Below are positions 11,565 through 24,800 of a stretch of 64,000 nt of DNA, piece after piece. The notes under the pieces were generated by a model that saw only the letters and a list, made by a program, of their open reading frames with translations, had not been told where the DNA came from and did no database searches. Position numbers and translations under genes: made by a program. Position 1 is the first letter of the stretch. Every line of letters begins with the position of its first letter. This stretch comes from Rhina ancylostomus (taxonomy: Eukaryota), in assembly GCA_030265395.1 (NCBI GenBank), contig JARFYF010000002.1, forward strand, positions 60,978,372 through 61,042,371, given 5' to 3'.

Positions 11565-12357
11565 TACATGGGATGTTTGTCTTCATTAGCCAAGACAGAG
11601 TATAAGTGCAGGAAGTCTTGGTACAACTTTATGAAGCATTGATTCAGCCATAGCTGTAATACTGTGTGCAGTTCTGGTCACCACGTCACAAGAAGGATGT
11701 GATTGCACTGGAGAGGCTGCAGAGAAGATTCACCAGGATGTTGCCTGGGAAGGAGCATTTCAGTTATTAGGAGGGACCGGAGAAGTTACATTTGTTTCCC
11801 TTTGAGCAGNNNNNNNNNNNNNNNNNNNNNNNNNNNNNNNNNNNNNNNNNNNNNNNNNNNNNNNNNNNNNNNNNNNNNNNNNNNNNNNNNNNNNNNNNNN
11901 NNNNNNNNNGATTCACCAGGATGTTGCCTGGGAAGGAGCATTTCAGTTATTAGGAGGGACTGGAGAAGTTACATTTGTTTCCCTTTGAGCAGAGGGAGGA
12001 ACTTGAGAGAGGTATGCCAAATTATCAGAGGCATGGATCGAGTAGATAGTAAGAAACTTTTACCCATGTTAGAGGTATTTAAGAGCAGAGGGCATAGGTT
12101 AAAGGTGAGGAGTAAGAAAGGTAGTGGGGAACTGAGGAAAAAAAGCTCACCCAGAATGGTTTGCAATCTGGAATGCCCAGCCTGAGAAGGTGGTGGAGGG
12201 AGGTTCTCTCACAACATTGAAGAAACATTTGGATGAGCACTTGAATCACCATTGCATAGTAGGCCACAGGTGGAGTGCTAGTATAGATAGGTACTTAATG
12301 GTTGGCATGGATATGGTGGGCCAAAGGGCCTGCTTCTGTGCTGTTTGACTCCATGAC
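11565..12357 (+). mobile_element. CR1-type LINE, 3' ~700 bp (spans a 100-N gap)
   Basis: Encodes degenerate YCVQFWSP...[19 protein letters not shown] and IIRGMDRVDSKKL...SRGHRLKV; ends in the tail ggccaaagggcctgcttctgtgctgtttgactccatgac. Confidence 0.85.
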
Positions 12358-12424
12358 ATTTGAGCCAGGTATACTTATTGGAGGGATCTTTGAAAATTTC
12401 CATGTTGTCATGTACATTTTTTTC

Positions 12425-12690
12425 CTTTTCCTTCCAGGTGGTAGAGGAAAGAAGTGGGGGTTCGGGGGTGAGATGCAAGATGTTATTGGAGAAGTTTTGG
12501 AGAGTTTCTTTAGCTCATTTTGCAGATGATTCACAAGTGCATCTAAGGTCTATTGGCAGTGGAGGGAGTGAATGCTCATCATGGTGGGTCGGCCAGTGAT
12601 CAAGTTAGCTGCTATGTGCTGGATTTTGAGCTCTTTTGGAATTATTCTCATCTATGCAAGTGAAAATTATTCCATTATATCACTGACTTA
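12425..12690 (-). mobile_element. Old CR1/L2-group LINE remnant
   Basis: ccttccaggtggtagagg...gtggagggagtgaatg...atcaagttagctgct...gcaagtgaaaattattccat; a related piece lies at 52150-52320. Confidence 0.5.
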
Positions 12691-12964
12691 GAACATAAGA
12701 ACATAAATAGAAACATTTGTTGCTGCACACCCTGAGGTTCCAATAAAAATCTCTCAGTTGTAAATTATAGAACAAGATGATAGAATTTGCTGTTTCCAGA
12801 TTCATTTGATTTTGACAGGCAAAGGAAAAAATGAAGAAAAATATTGCAGTCCAGTCTGAATAAGTGGACTTCTTGACAAAATGACCATTACAAAATCTAG
12901 ATATTTATCCATAAATTGAAACACTTCAACTTAATGCAGGTGAGGACAGATCAACAAATTGCAT

Positions 12965-13270
12965 AAAAGTGGACACAAGGGCAAAAGGCTGTGCATGTCT
13001 CAAAGTGTGTCAAAGCATCTGGAATGCAAGATGAGTTTTGTTACACTGGGAACTGTTATAACCTCAAATGTACTGCCTTAATGGCTGGTAGATGCAGATA
13101 AAGTAACAACTTTGAAAAATAATTGGAGAAACATGGAAAATTTATAGAGTTTTGAGAGTAAAGTGTGAGTGGGTAAGTAGGACTAATGGACTAATTGGAA
13201 ATGTTTTTCAAAGCCTCAGTCAAGACACACTGGGCAGAATGGTGTCCTATTGTGCTGCGTGATTCTATTC
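12965..13270 (+). mobile_element. Old CR1-type 3' fragment
   Basis: ctggtagatgcagat...acaactttgaaaaataattggag and tail gacacactgggcagaatggtgtcctattgtgctg...gattctat. Confidence 0.55.
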
Positions 13271-13852
13271 AGCAATATTATTTTAATATTAGCTTGAAAT
13301 ATTATACCATGGCATCGGTCCGAACTAATCACTATGTACAATGTGTTCAAATGATATTCAGTTAAACTGTTTGGGATACAAATAAAATATTTTATATTGC
13401 GACTTCGATTAAATGAACAGTTGTTTAAGTTACTATTAAAACAATGCCTGAAATATTACAATACTTGTAATGATACCCTGTAATCTTTTAAATTGTTGAA
13501 TATTTCACTAACACAGCTGACAAATGAAAATAGCACTTACTGTGTCCAATTGTTTATTAGAAAAACAGCTTGTTGAGATCACATGAGATCTGCCTTTACA
13601 ATGTAGATTTGGATTCCAAATGCAAGAGGTCTAATAGCACTTTAAGGCATTTTGTTAAGGCAGCCATTTGTGGTGGATTTCTTTACACAGGTATCCAGTT
13701 TAGATTGCACAAAGAAGTAATACTTAAGGTGACCTACAGAGGCAACAACATGAAAGTAATACAGTATAACAACAAATCATTCCCTGGAAAAAAGTATACC
13801 TAGTTGGAGATGTTTAAATGTGGAAGATCTAATCCACATTAGATACCACGCA

Positions 13853-14150
13853 GGCACAGTAGTGTAACTGTTAGCGTGACACTATTACAGGGCCAGTAAC
13901 CCAGGTTCAATTCCAGCCACTGTCTGTAAGGAGTTTGTACATTCTCCCAGTGTCTGCGTGGGTTTCCTCCAGGTGCTCCGGTTTCCTCCCACATTCCAAA
14001 GACGTACAGGTTAGGAAGTTGTGGGCNNNNNNNNNNNNNNNNNNNNGTGTGGCGACACTTGCGGGCTGCCCCCAGAACACTCTATGCAAAAGGTGCATTT
14101 CACTGTGGGTTTTGATATACATGTGACTAATAAAGATATCTTGTCTTATC
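13853..14150 (+). mobile_element. tRNA-derived V-SINE (HE1-like)
   Basis: A-box-like ggcacagtagtgtaactgttag, B box ggttcaattcc, V-core ggagtttgtacattctccc...gggtttcctccaggtgctccggtttcctcccacattccaaagacg, LINE-like tail tttcactgt...tacatgtgactaataaa. Confidence 0.85.
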
Positions 14151-14319
14151 TGATCACCCAGATAACCCAAATCTAGTCAGGAGACCCAAGGTAATTTTAT
14201 CTAAGTCAATTAATTTAGAAAAGGAGGATTAAAAATGGTTTAGTGAAGACCTTCCTCTGCATTGTATCAACAGTTATGATTCCTTCCCAGATGGATGATT
14301 TGGATTTACAAATCAAAAC

Positions 14320-14466
14320 AAAACTGCAGATATAGGGCAGTGGAAACACACAACAGGTCAAGTAGCATCTGTGGTAAGAGAAGCATCACTTTTTTTTACT
14401 TGTACAGATGCTACCTGGCCTGCTGAATGTTTCCAGCATTTTCTGATTTTGGATTTTCATCTGCAA
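14320..14466. mobile_element. Fold-back repeat, Penelope-like-derived
   Basis: caggtcaagtagcatctgt pairs with acagatgctacctggcctg; outer arms ctgcagat / atctgca. Confidence 0.6.
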
Positions 14467-15649
14467 TAGGCAGATATCCAAAGAAAAAAATGTTAAATAT
14501 GTGGGAGGGAGAGTTTGCAGCTTTCTTCATCAGCCTTTGGGAAGCAGGATAAGAAGACACATGGTAACAGTTTTTATGCCAGAGCAATTCGAGAGCCAAA
14601 AGGAACAAAGGGGGTCCTGTGAGAAGTTTCAAAGTGAAAAAAAAACACAATGTATTAACCTTTTTAGATGCATTCTCTTCCCACACTGCCAGGACAGCAA
14701 CAACATTTGCACTTCCAGTTCAATGATCCCAGAGCAGAGCCTTGCCTGGAGCATGCAGGGACTGTATAAATGGACTTAGAAACCACTTCATTCATAGATA
14801 AAATATACTTTGACTTGTAGAGATCCCAATGTGAAATTGGCAGTTTTAGCTACAACTGCTTCATACAAGCCGTGGTAAGTGTGTGTGGATTTCCAATACT
14901 CAAGTACCCGCAAAGTACCTGTGACTATTACTCAAAAAAATAATGCCCAAGCAATCACTGAGGAAGAGTGTTGTTAAAATAGGCAATACTTTTCAATCAT
15001 TAGAAACTTCAATGGTAACATGGTAGAATGCCAGAGTTCCTTGGTGAAATTTCAGAAGCAGATTTAGGTCAAATTGCCACTGTCAATGCTGGAATTAGTT
15101 TTTTTCAGGTAGTTTTGCTGCTGGTGGAAAACCTGATTTCTATTAAGCCATCATCACTATGTTACTTGTTTGGCATCAGTGCAAGGAAAAGTTAGCCACA
15201 CCAATGTGAACTGAATGGGTCATGGGTAGAAATACTAATTTATAGAGGTGGAAATTTGCTTTTATTAAATACATTTTGCAATGTTAGCTTCATTTTGGGT
15301 TCCATTTTTCCATGAAAGTGGCAGATCAAAGCAACTTGCAACATTAAAGTTTGGGGATAAGTTCATAAAGACCCAATTTGTTGCTATGGACATTTCTTCC
15401 ACAGACATGGAATGGTAAAAAAATGCTGTTTCTTCAGATTGTTTTGACCTCTATGCCTGCACAACCAAGAGCACATTAGATAATTTACTCACTAGCAATA
15501 TTATTGCTTTGGTAAGCATCAGGGACCTGGAATTTAAACACAGCCAGATTCTCTAAAACATTTTGTAGCTGTTAGCTTAAAACTTGTGAATAAACTTGTG
15601 AAAATATTGTTACGGACTAGGTTACAATTAGTGAGTGTCCCTTTTTGAT

Positions 15650-15662
15650 TGTGTGTGTGTGT

Positions 15663-15704
<42 letters not shown>
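15650..15704. repeat. (GT)n microsatellite running into a gap
   Basis: Direct observation. Confidence 0.97.
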
Positions 15705-18174
15705 NNNNNNNNNNNNNNNNNNNNNNNNNNNNNNNNNNNNNNNNNNNNNNNNNNNNNNNNNNNNNNNNNNNNNNNNNNNNNNNNNNNNNNNNNNNNNNNN
15801 NNNNGTTTAACATTTTTACTTCTAACATTCTAACATTTTTACTTTTATTTTACTTATTATCATTAGTTATTAATAAAGTAGTTTTTAACACTTATACATG
15901 TCTCGGTGCGTTTCTTTTGTTGCTGGTTTGTAACAATACAAATTAAGACAAACAAATTTTGTAACAGAATCCATCTGACAGAGCATTTAATGAAAGAAAA
16001 ATATTGCTCTACTTGGCTCTAAGTAAACATATATCGTGCAAGAATCCCTATTTGAGATAAAGTTAGTATTAAGCAATTTATTAGAAGCTTAGTTACTGAG
16101 GCAAAACATTTGGACCAAATCAATTCAACATTATCCTAACTACTTAAGTGGATATACAGTAAGTTTTCATGTGTATACCCAGGAGCTTGTTTACATGGAA
16201 TGTACAACAATAGTTGAAATTATTCAAATCAAAATTATGTACTATATTGCAATACATGTAATTTAATCATAGTATCTCACCACACAGGTCAGATCCATTG
16301 TCAGGGCAGAGACAAAAATAGCAGTTTGCTTAGGATATTTGAGTTTTGTCTACAAGATGATGCATACTATTCTTCATCCATAAATGGATCAGGGCCAAAA
16401 TAAAATAAAATCCTAGTGCTTCTGATGCACTTCCAATCTAAGTGTGTTGTGATTTTGACAGACAGGCAATGACTTGAGATGCCTGGTGTCAGCTGATGCT
16501 GATAGTTTTTGTCAGGAGTTTATTGCAACTGATGGACAGGTATACTTCCAGGGTTATATTGGATGGGTAGCTCTTCTCCTCTGACTCTGGCACCTTTTGT
16601 TGGATTCTGCACTTCTCCTTTTGGTGGAAGAAATGCCTGACCAGAGACATGGAAACCTTCCCATTATTATTAATAATACCTGACCTCCCTTTAATTCCAT
16701 GCATTTTGATGGCACCAGGAACAGAAGCTACATCTTTTAAATCAGGTTGAATTCATCACATGAATTTTTGAACCCAGAATGCTGCTGAGTGTTCTGTGAC
16801 ATGCAGAGATCAGGTCTGTAACACAGTACTGGAGGGATAGGGGAGTAGGTGTGGTGGCACCATTGATTTTCCTTTTCCAATATATTTTGGCTGGCAACCA
16901 ATTGTGAGGTCATGGCAGCCTGAAGACAGGCTTTGGAGTTTAGTTCTCCAAAGAATCTGTGCTTCTGAAAGAATTTCCTTCAAATAAAATTAAATTAAAT
17001 TAAATACAGTGGCCAAAGATTTCAATAAAGTTGCAGCTACTCACTTAGTCTTTATGTATAAAGAATCAGTTCCACTATGTTCTTTGGGGACTTAAGAAGC
17101 CCCTTATCTATTTTGCTCTCAGGGTTTTATGATGTACCTTTCTTTCGTGAATTTTCTCAACTCGTCTGATTAATGTGGTATAAATTAACTTGTCTGATTC
17201 CTTACCAATTTAAAAAAAAGGTATAATTACTTATCACTGTACAAAAATAGTATAATTTGGCATAAATGTGTTAAAATATTTGACTATCATGTGAGACAAT
17301 TATAACTTCACCATGCAATACAGCTGAATGGAAAAATGCTGCAATTATAGCATAGACTTTAATCTGACTGACTGCTGCTCAATAGAATTAATTATCAATA
17401 TTTTGGCAAAGTAATTGCACATTTGTCAAGATTTAATCATAACATCTGGATCAAGGAAAGTATCTGAATAGTGTTTCAAAATATTTTTTAAATGAAAGTC
17501 CCATTCCAAACTTTTTCACGTTGATTGACAGTGATGTCGAAAACAAGACTTAACTATTATATATACTAGTTGGGATGAGTGACATATTTGGATTTTTAAA
17601 GGAAAGTTTGAACAGCACTAAGTTATGACAATTTTAGTAAGGTCATCAAAATCTTTGCTGAAAGATCAGTCAGTTTGGCAGAATGTACAAGAATATCTTG
17701 GTAGTCAGAATGTATCTATAATAAATAAAGATCTATACAAGCACTGATTTTTGAGACTCCTTAAAAATAACTGGTGTGGAATTTGCAGATATGTGCCAGG
17801 GGTTCTGCATGGCCAGTGAAAGTCTGTGAACATATCGACTGAGCTCTACCAAGAACTTCCCTTCTGCATAATGCTGCTTGCTGAATCCTCTGAAGCAGTA
17901 TGAACCTGTTGCTTATGGATCTTGGATCGGATTAGACCTGCCCCGATATCTGCTGTTCGTCATTTTATTTGAGTGGAGATATTATGGCTGCAAGGAAGAA
18001 GGGCGTGAATAACATGGGTCACACTTGTTCCATATATTTGGTTTTGCTTTAACTTTAGTAAAATTATTTGGAAGTGCTTTAAGGGTATTGAAGGGAGTTT
18101 TTTTAAAGCTTTCAATAATTTTTAATCTTTTTAATTGTTTGATTTTTAAACCAGGAATAGTCAGCAGCTTGGAA

Positions 18175-18300
18175 ACACATAAGAACATAAGAATTTGGAG
18201 CAGGAGTAAGACATCAGGCCCTTTGAATCTGCTTTGTCATTCCTCAGGATCATGGCTGATCTTCTACTTGTGCCACTTTCTTGCGCTGTTCTCTTTCCTC
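18175..18300 (-). mobile_element. CR1-type 3' tail
   Basis: cataagaacataagaatttggagcaggagtaagacatcaggccctttgaatctgct...gatcatggctgatc. Confidence 0.75.
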
Positions 18301-18769
18301 AGATGTTTCGGGGGTGTGTGGCTATTTTTCACCCACCTCTGTGGTTGCATCACATTGCACAAAGCCCTGCCAGGCTGCTGTTGAACAAGATGTAGGCACT
18401 TGCTATCACCAAACTCTTTCTCACAGAGGTGGACAAGGCGACTGTGAGACACTTGTACAGCTCAGCTGCAGGTTTGGGCAGTGGGACATACTCAGCAAGT
18501 TCTGGGCAATTATCACTTAATGACAGATAAGGGTGGCATGAACACTTTATAGTTGTATGTCTTATAAGTACTTGTGATGAACAATGAAGGCATTCCAATT
18601 CTGGAAAATGGAACATTTTGTCACTTCACACATGGTCTATATTCAGATTCCTTTAGTTTGTACGAGCATGTGTGTTTCACTTTTCCAATTTCTGTTTGCC
18701 TCTGTGGAAGGAATCACCATCAATTTAAAAATCAGGGACTGCAGGTGCCATCACTGCATCCCCCCCAAC

Positions 18770-18943
18770 AGGTAGTCATTGAATATATTCAAAGATGAGC
18801 TGGATGGATTTTTGGGCCATTAGGATATTGAGGATTCTGGGGATCTGGCAACCATGTGGCAGCTCAGTCGTAATTATTGAATGGTAGAGCAGGCACATGG
18901 GGTTTTATTGTTGACTTCTGCTCCTTTTTCTTGTGTTCCTATG
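18770..18943 (+). mobile_element. CR1-type 3' tail
   Basis: tcattgaatatattcaaagatgagctggatggatttttg...ttgaatggtagagcaggc...cttctgctcctttttcttgtgttcctatg; same family as 18175, opposite strand. Confidence 0.7.
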
Positions 18944-21900
18944 TTGCAGCTGCCTCAGAACTGAATTCCATTGAAGGCTCTATAGCCTGTGATGGACTGG
19001 GACTAAAATGTGACCCTGGCATTTAAAGAACACCGGCCCAAGTTGAAGTTGTCAAAACATGAAGCTTCTCATGATTTAACAAAACAGTAATGCCATAAAT
19101 AATGGATACAAACCAGAGCAAATACAAATAAATGAAATCAAGCAGCGGACAGAGTACTTGTTACTTTAACATTGACTACAGTTGCTGTTTCATTTAATTT
19201 TTCCCTGAGACCAGCTCATCAGCCCTTGTGCACATTGGACTCTTTGGCATCTACCAGAATGCAAGGTGGCCAATCCGGGCCTGATCCTGGCTAAAAACAA
19301 AACACGGTTCATCGCTTCAGTTACATTAATTTGCCTAATTCTGACAGATGAAATACCCAGCTGGATGACCCTACCTTCACTTCGTTTTTACTTCGGGGAT
19401 TAGAATAGGTCAATTGTATATTATTGCCATACCAATGACTTGTTTGATTTAAAGATGTAAATCTCCTGGTACAAAAGGACAATCATTTCAGTGATATCAT
19501 TTTCAGTTAAGGAGGAATGAAAGAGGTGGTCTTTGGAAATCATTCACATGATCTTAACTATACCCTTCACAGATAATTCTTTGGAGAAAAATCTGCTGCT
19601 GTACCTTTGATGGTACAACTAAGTAATTTCAGAACACTCTGACCAGAGAAATAATAAACATTTGTGTTACATGAAAAGAGGAGTGGGGAACATAATATAA
19701 AAAGTGACTTCACCACAGGGAATTAGTTCATTTTAAGATTTATTTCTGACTCTTATTACCTGTTGAATACAAAGGCACAACAAGGCAGGATATTTTTCTT
19801 GGCTAAGTAACTTGGCACAAAACTGACAGCAGGAAAAAAGAACCTCAGTAAATGTTGAACTAAACCATTTAATTCCAAATTATATGGTAGCCAGATATTG
19901 AAGACAAAAACTGTAAGAGTCTGGAGGTATTCAGTGGGCAATGGAGTACAGTTGTAGTAGAAGGCAAGATCAAGTTTCATCATCCATAATACATCCATGC
20001 CAAAAAAGTGACTGTATGTGTACCACAAGTAATGACATTAAATTTCTGCCATGCCCTAGCTTTTCCCAAAAGTTTGCAATTATTTTGTGGGTTTGGCAAA
20101 CCACAATTTGAAGCAAACATTAGGAAGTTTGCACATCTGCACTTCATACACATCCTGAATAATGTTCACAACCTTTTAATAGGCCACAAATGTGCACAAT
20201 CTAAAAAAAACTGGATGCCTATGAACTAATCAACTGCAGCTTTCTAGACTATAGCACATATTTTTGACCTCTGAAATTTCATATCCTTTATTTTCTCTTT
20301 TCCTTGTCTTTTGTCACTGATGGGCTGAATTGTGGTTCAATGGCCAATGTCCATCATCTGGTACTCCAATCCAATGGACCAGTATTCACATTTACTTTGG
20401 TTGAGCCATTTTACCAAAGGCATCATGGCTGAACCCATCTTGTTCTCAACTAACGTTCAAGTGCCTGAATTTCATGGTGGGAGTCAGTGGAAAGCAATCA
20501 GGAGTAAGACACAGGTCAATCTACACCCAGCCTAGGGTTACAGAGATCAGTGGTAGAACCCTAACTTCCACATCAAGTCAGATCAATTAACTCAACATTG
20601 ATCAAGAATGAACTTAAGTAAAGACTTTGTTGGAAGTATGCAACAACAACCTTCATTGTTATACCAATATCGCCACAGAAGAAACCCTTCACAGAAGTGC
20701 AAATGATTTGACATGAATGTTTAGTCAGAGAAAACAATAGTCATGAGATGATTAAAAACTTGGCCAGGACTATGGATTTCAAAGAGCATCTGAATATTAA
20801 TGAAGCATTTCCTATCTGACTCAATGTCAGCCAAATGTTTAAAATCCTGAGGGATAAACACTCAATGGACAGGATCTTCCTTTCTTCATCATCATTGCAT
20901 TCAGTAGGACTTGTGCCCTTCACCTGAAAATCCCTGAAAGAATAATATATCTTTATAGTTCAGGGTAGTTTCTTACTCCTTGAAGATTCTTGGTGGTATG
21001 TCCAATGCATGGGTGCAAACTTCTGATTGCTGCAATGCAATCAACAATGCAATGACAAGAAAGATAGATGTAGATTTAAAGTGTTGGAAGGGTCCCAAAA
21101 AGGGTTCAAGTGTTTGTTCAATTCCACTGGAAAGTGGATTGAATCATCTTAGTGGGAGAGGAAGGTCTAAACCTCGACCAAAAGGTTGGTACTTTGTATA
21201 GCTATCCCAGCCCTCCTGTCATTTTCTGTCAGATGTTTTTAGGGAGTGATGGTTAGGTGAGGCAGGTTGGCTTGGAAGCTGGCTGTGGTCCCACCAGACA
21301 ATTAACATCTTCTCTGGGAGGGGCAAACGTCAGTCATCCTGATCAGGGTGATCAGGGAAGTCATGACAGCAACAGGATGGTGAACCTTATCACCTGATTA
21401 AATTTCTTTTGCCACCACCTTTATCCTCGATTTTGGGTCATTTAATAATGGATAAATCAGCTCAATTTGTTTTAATCTTTAGTGGTTTACAGGTTGCAAT
21501 TCCTCAGCATAGAGCTGTGAAGAAGAAAGAATATTATGCCCAAATGTATTATTCATAAACAACTTGTCCATAGTTATCCAAATATATGGACTGTCACATT
21601 GTGAACAGATTGTCTGTGATATATCATGAAATGTTAGAATTAATTGCCATGTCTTTTAGCTTAATATATGAGTACAGAATATTCTGCACATGCAGGAAAT
21701 GGTTCAAAATGAGATTTCACAGGAAGTGATCACTGGATGCCTTTTGCAATAAGATCAATTGAACTGTACAACTGGTACATATTCCAAAAGTGTGATTGGT
21801 TCCACAATTCTTTTTTAGTGGACTAGTCTGCTTCTTTGGGGTAGGAATTTAAATAAAGTATGGAATGCCATATGATGGAAACTTAGTTTGATTTACAGTG

Positions 21901-23559
21901 CAATAAATCACATTTGCTGGATTGTCATTGAATTAAGCTTGAACACATCCTGAGCCAAATTAATCTTATCTTTACAAGTGTCACACTGTTATCACACAGC
22001 ATCTTCTTTGTGATTCCTCGTGTTGATCCATTTGTAAGACAGGTCTCTAACATGACTTCTTTCCCCCTCCCTCTACATTAGTAGTGGATATAACAACAGA
22101 ACTGATACATTGTATTGATCATTCTTCCTTCAATCAGCAACTGGAAATGCAATTAAAATTTACAAATTAGTTAACATGTGATGGAGTTCATCCATGTTGT
22201 AAATGAAACAAACAATTGGTCTTTTAGAGAAAGGTTACAACAAAATTTAAATTTCAACAAGCAACAATGCTTTGCCATGTAGTTCTTTATTTTTACAATC
22301 AATATGATTTTAAGATTCTGGCAAGAGGAAGGAAATGTTTTCAACACAAGGTGAATGCATGGATAATTAATAATAGATCATTTTGCTGAACATACATAAC
22401 AAAAACGTAATTAAAGAAGACATAATGGAATGCATCAGCATGGATTTGTCCACTTCAGGTGGGGTTGAGAGGTTGGCAGAGGTAATGTTTGATGAGGCAC
22501 TGAGCATGAGAAAGGTTAAAAACATGTGGATGGAATTATGAGAAAGATAAGGCTGAGTATAAGGGCTTTGTCAACTCCTGTGCCAAGGAGTTTGAACTTC
22601 ATAGGTTTAGCTTAATCTGTNNNNNNNNNNNNNNNNNNNNNNNNNNNNNNNNNNNNNNNNNNNNNNNNNNNNNNNNNNNNNNNNNNNNNNNNNNNNNNNN
22701 NNNNNNNNNNNNNNNNNNNNATAGGTTTAGCTTAATCTGTTCTGGTGCAGTTCAAAAGCAGGATTACATGGGCTAATTTAAAACTGTGCCAAATACCTTA
22801 TACAATTTTGGGTTCTGGAAGGAGGAACATGATAGTTTGTGTCTTCCATGCTGAGCTGCAGGCAACTGAGGATAGTGCAACTCTTCTCCCTTTATTGTGG
22901 AGAATGCCTTAGCATCTCTCACAAATATTTTGGCTGGTGCTGTGGATCTTCAACTTAAATCAATTCAGACCTTTGGATTAACTATGATTATTTTATTGCC
23001 TGGCCATCACCTCAGATTATTAGGAACTGACTAATTCATTCTATTGGAGGTCGTTAGGATCCATCCATCTCGCTGTCACTTCTCACTGGAGGAACACGAG
23101 AGGTGGACAGGATTAGGAAGAAAAGGACGCACAACCAGTGACTCGCAGCTCATTGAGTAGCAATGAGACTGCATCCACAGGTCGTGATATACAGGCTGAT
23201 TCAACAGAAAGGAAGCTTTATTTGGATTGAGGACGGAGCTTATGTTGGACCGGGATAATGAGGTGAGGGCTCATTAGGGGGTACAGGTTGTGCATTGAGG
23301 GCAGTGATGTTCTGCCTTGACATGAAAAGACTAATAATGAAACTTTTGTTTGATCATATCTTGTATGACACTTGCACTAATTTGAGAAACTCATTCAGAA
23401 AGCAACAGCATTCAGTCTTTTTGCTGTCTTTCTACTCTTTGTGGCTCATTTTAGGGCAAAGTGGTGGAGCTCACAACTAGCAAAAATGATCTGATGAACC
23501 CTGATTTGATCAAACTGTAAAACCCCCACTGATGGCCCAACAACAGAGTTCTGTTTCAG

Positions 23560-24800
23560 GAGAATGAAGATTGGTTCCAAGAAAATGCTGATGGATGTGC
23601 CTCTCCAGTGGTTTGGTCCTCACTAACATCATGGTGGAGAGAGGAGGAGCAGTGGAGGGATATTCTCTGCACCAGGGTGCTAGGAAGACATCCTGGGCAA
23701 ATATGATGGTGAACTGGCAGGAAATGGCAAAATGCTGACTGCGTGCAGTCACTCACCCCATACTTGGGAGCAATGCCCAAAGAAATTCCAAGACCTGACC
23801 AAGTCAAAGTTGATTGTTCACAGACAAACACAGGGCACTTTAAAATAATTTTTCCAAGCTAAGTTTGCAGGAAATAGAAGCTTTTCTTAAGAAAGAACAG
23901 TCTCTTTCATGTTCAGAGCCTCACGAAACTGGAAGAGAAAGTTTTTCTTCGGACGATCATTGCCAGTATTCAGGGTACCTGATGCAGTTGAGGATGCTCA
24001 CAGAATCTTCCTTGTATTCAAATATCTTAGGTCCATTCACTATCTATCTTTCTCTCATGTCTGCACATCTCTGCTTGGGTGCTGGACAGTCCCATTAATA
24101 GTACCTCAGACTAACCATTACAATGCTCAACTTTGAGTCCTAATCATTGCAGGCTATCAGAAGAAGCTCATTGATCAGCACAACACAACACCCTCAAAAG
24201 TTTCACCCACCACTTGGCTCAGGAACACCAGACAGTTGGGGAAGAAGAGGGAGATGAGACTCTGTTAATTTTCTCCTTGACCCTGCGAAGGTACCACCTC
24301 AGATCCTGGTACAGAGGACAGAAGAAGCAGATCAGAGGGGTGCAAGTCACATTGAAAGATCACTGTCTCCAGTGGGTTGCAGTCAATTCAGATGTAAAGC
24401 GAAGCTCGTATGCGAGTTCCCAGAGGGAGAGTTTGGGCATTGGTGTTGCTCTAGAGGGACCTGATGCAGTGTACTACATTGAGCATACATGGAAAAGGTG
24501 ATGTGGATGCATCGCCAAATACCTGGTGTGTTGGAGAAACAAATGACTGCAAGATGCTGGAATATCTAGATGAAAAACACTATGAAGCTGGAGGAACTGG
24601 GCTGAATGATGGAATGTAAGAAATGTCAAGGAGCATGGAGGGGTCCATTACCAGCCTGAGTCAAGGGGTTCCTGTATTGTCAGGAACCCACTCTGGAAAT
24701 GCAGTGGACTTCCGCACCTGCTAATATCAACACTTCTGCACCTCAGCCAGCTCCAAGTTGCAGAGTGGGGCTGTAGGCACTTCAGGTATGGTCTCACCAT
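23560..24800 (+). mobile_element. Decayed PIF/Harbinger-type Myb/SANT (trihelix) ORF
   Basis: Frameshifted translation EEQWRDIL / HQGARKTSWANMMVNWQEMAK / MLTACSHSPHTWEQCPKKFQDLTKS (23640-23810) matches the W..IA...RT..QC.KK..DL pattern. A downstream MSRSMEGS starts at 24623. Confidence 0.6.
24533..24600 (+). mobile_element. Single arm of a Penelope-like-derived repeat nested in the Harbinger remnant
   Basis: gagaaacaaatgactgcaagatgctggaatatctagatgaaaaacac...gctggaggaact is the reverse complement of 44847-44910. Confidence 0.6.

Noticed and set aside
11727-11992. 83-bp direct repeat flanking a 100-N gap
   Set aside because: The copies differ by one base (c11778 / t11961) and abut a round 100-N gap. 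This is an unmerged contig overlap or two alleles, not a real duplication.
13853-13920. tRNA gene-like A and B boxes (also at 46900, 56500 and 60790)
   Set aside because: These are SINE heads with no cloverleaf, and they run into SINE cores
19930-19975. Minus-strand LAFYYNCTPLPTEY resembling the start of the LDAH last exon
   Set aside because: No AG acceptor at the equivalent position, no catalytic Asp/WCP or HAF, and poor nucleotide similarity; likely coincidence
22601-22740. 20-bp direct repeat (ataggtttagcttaatctgt) around a 100-N gap
   Set aside because: Same assembly-overlap artefact; a similar ggagatg overlap flanks the gap at ~58970-59070
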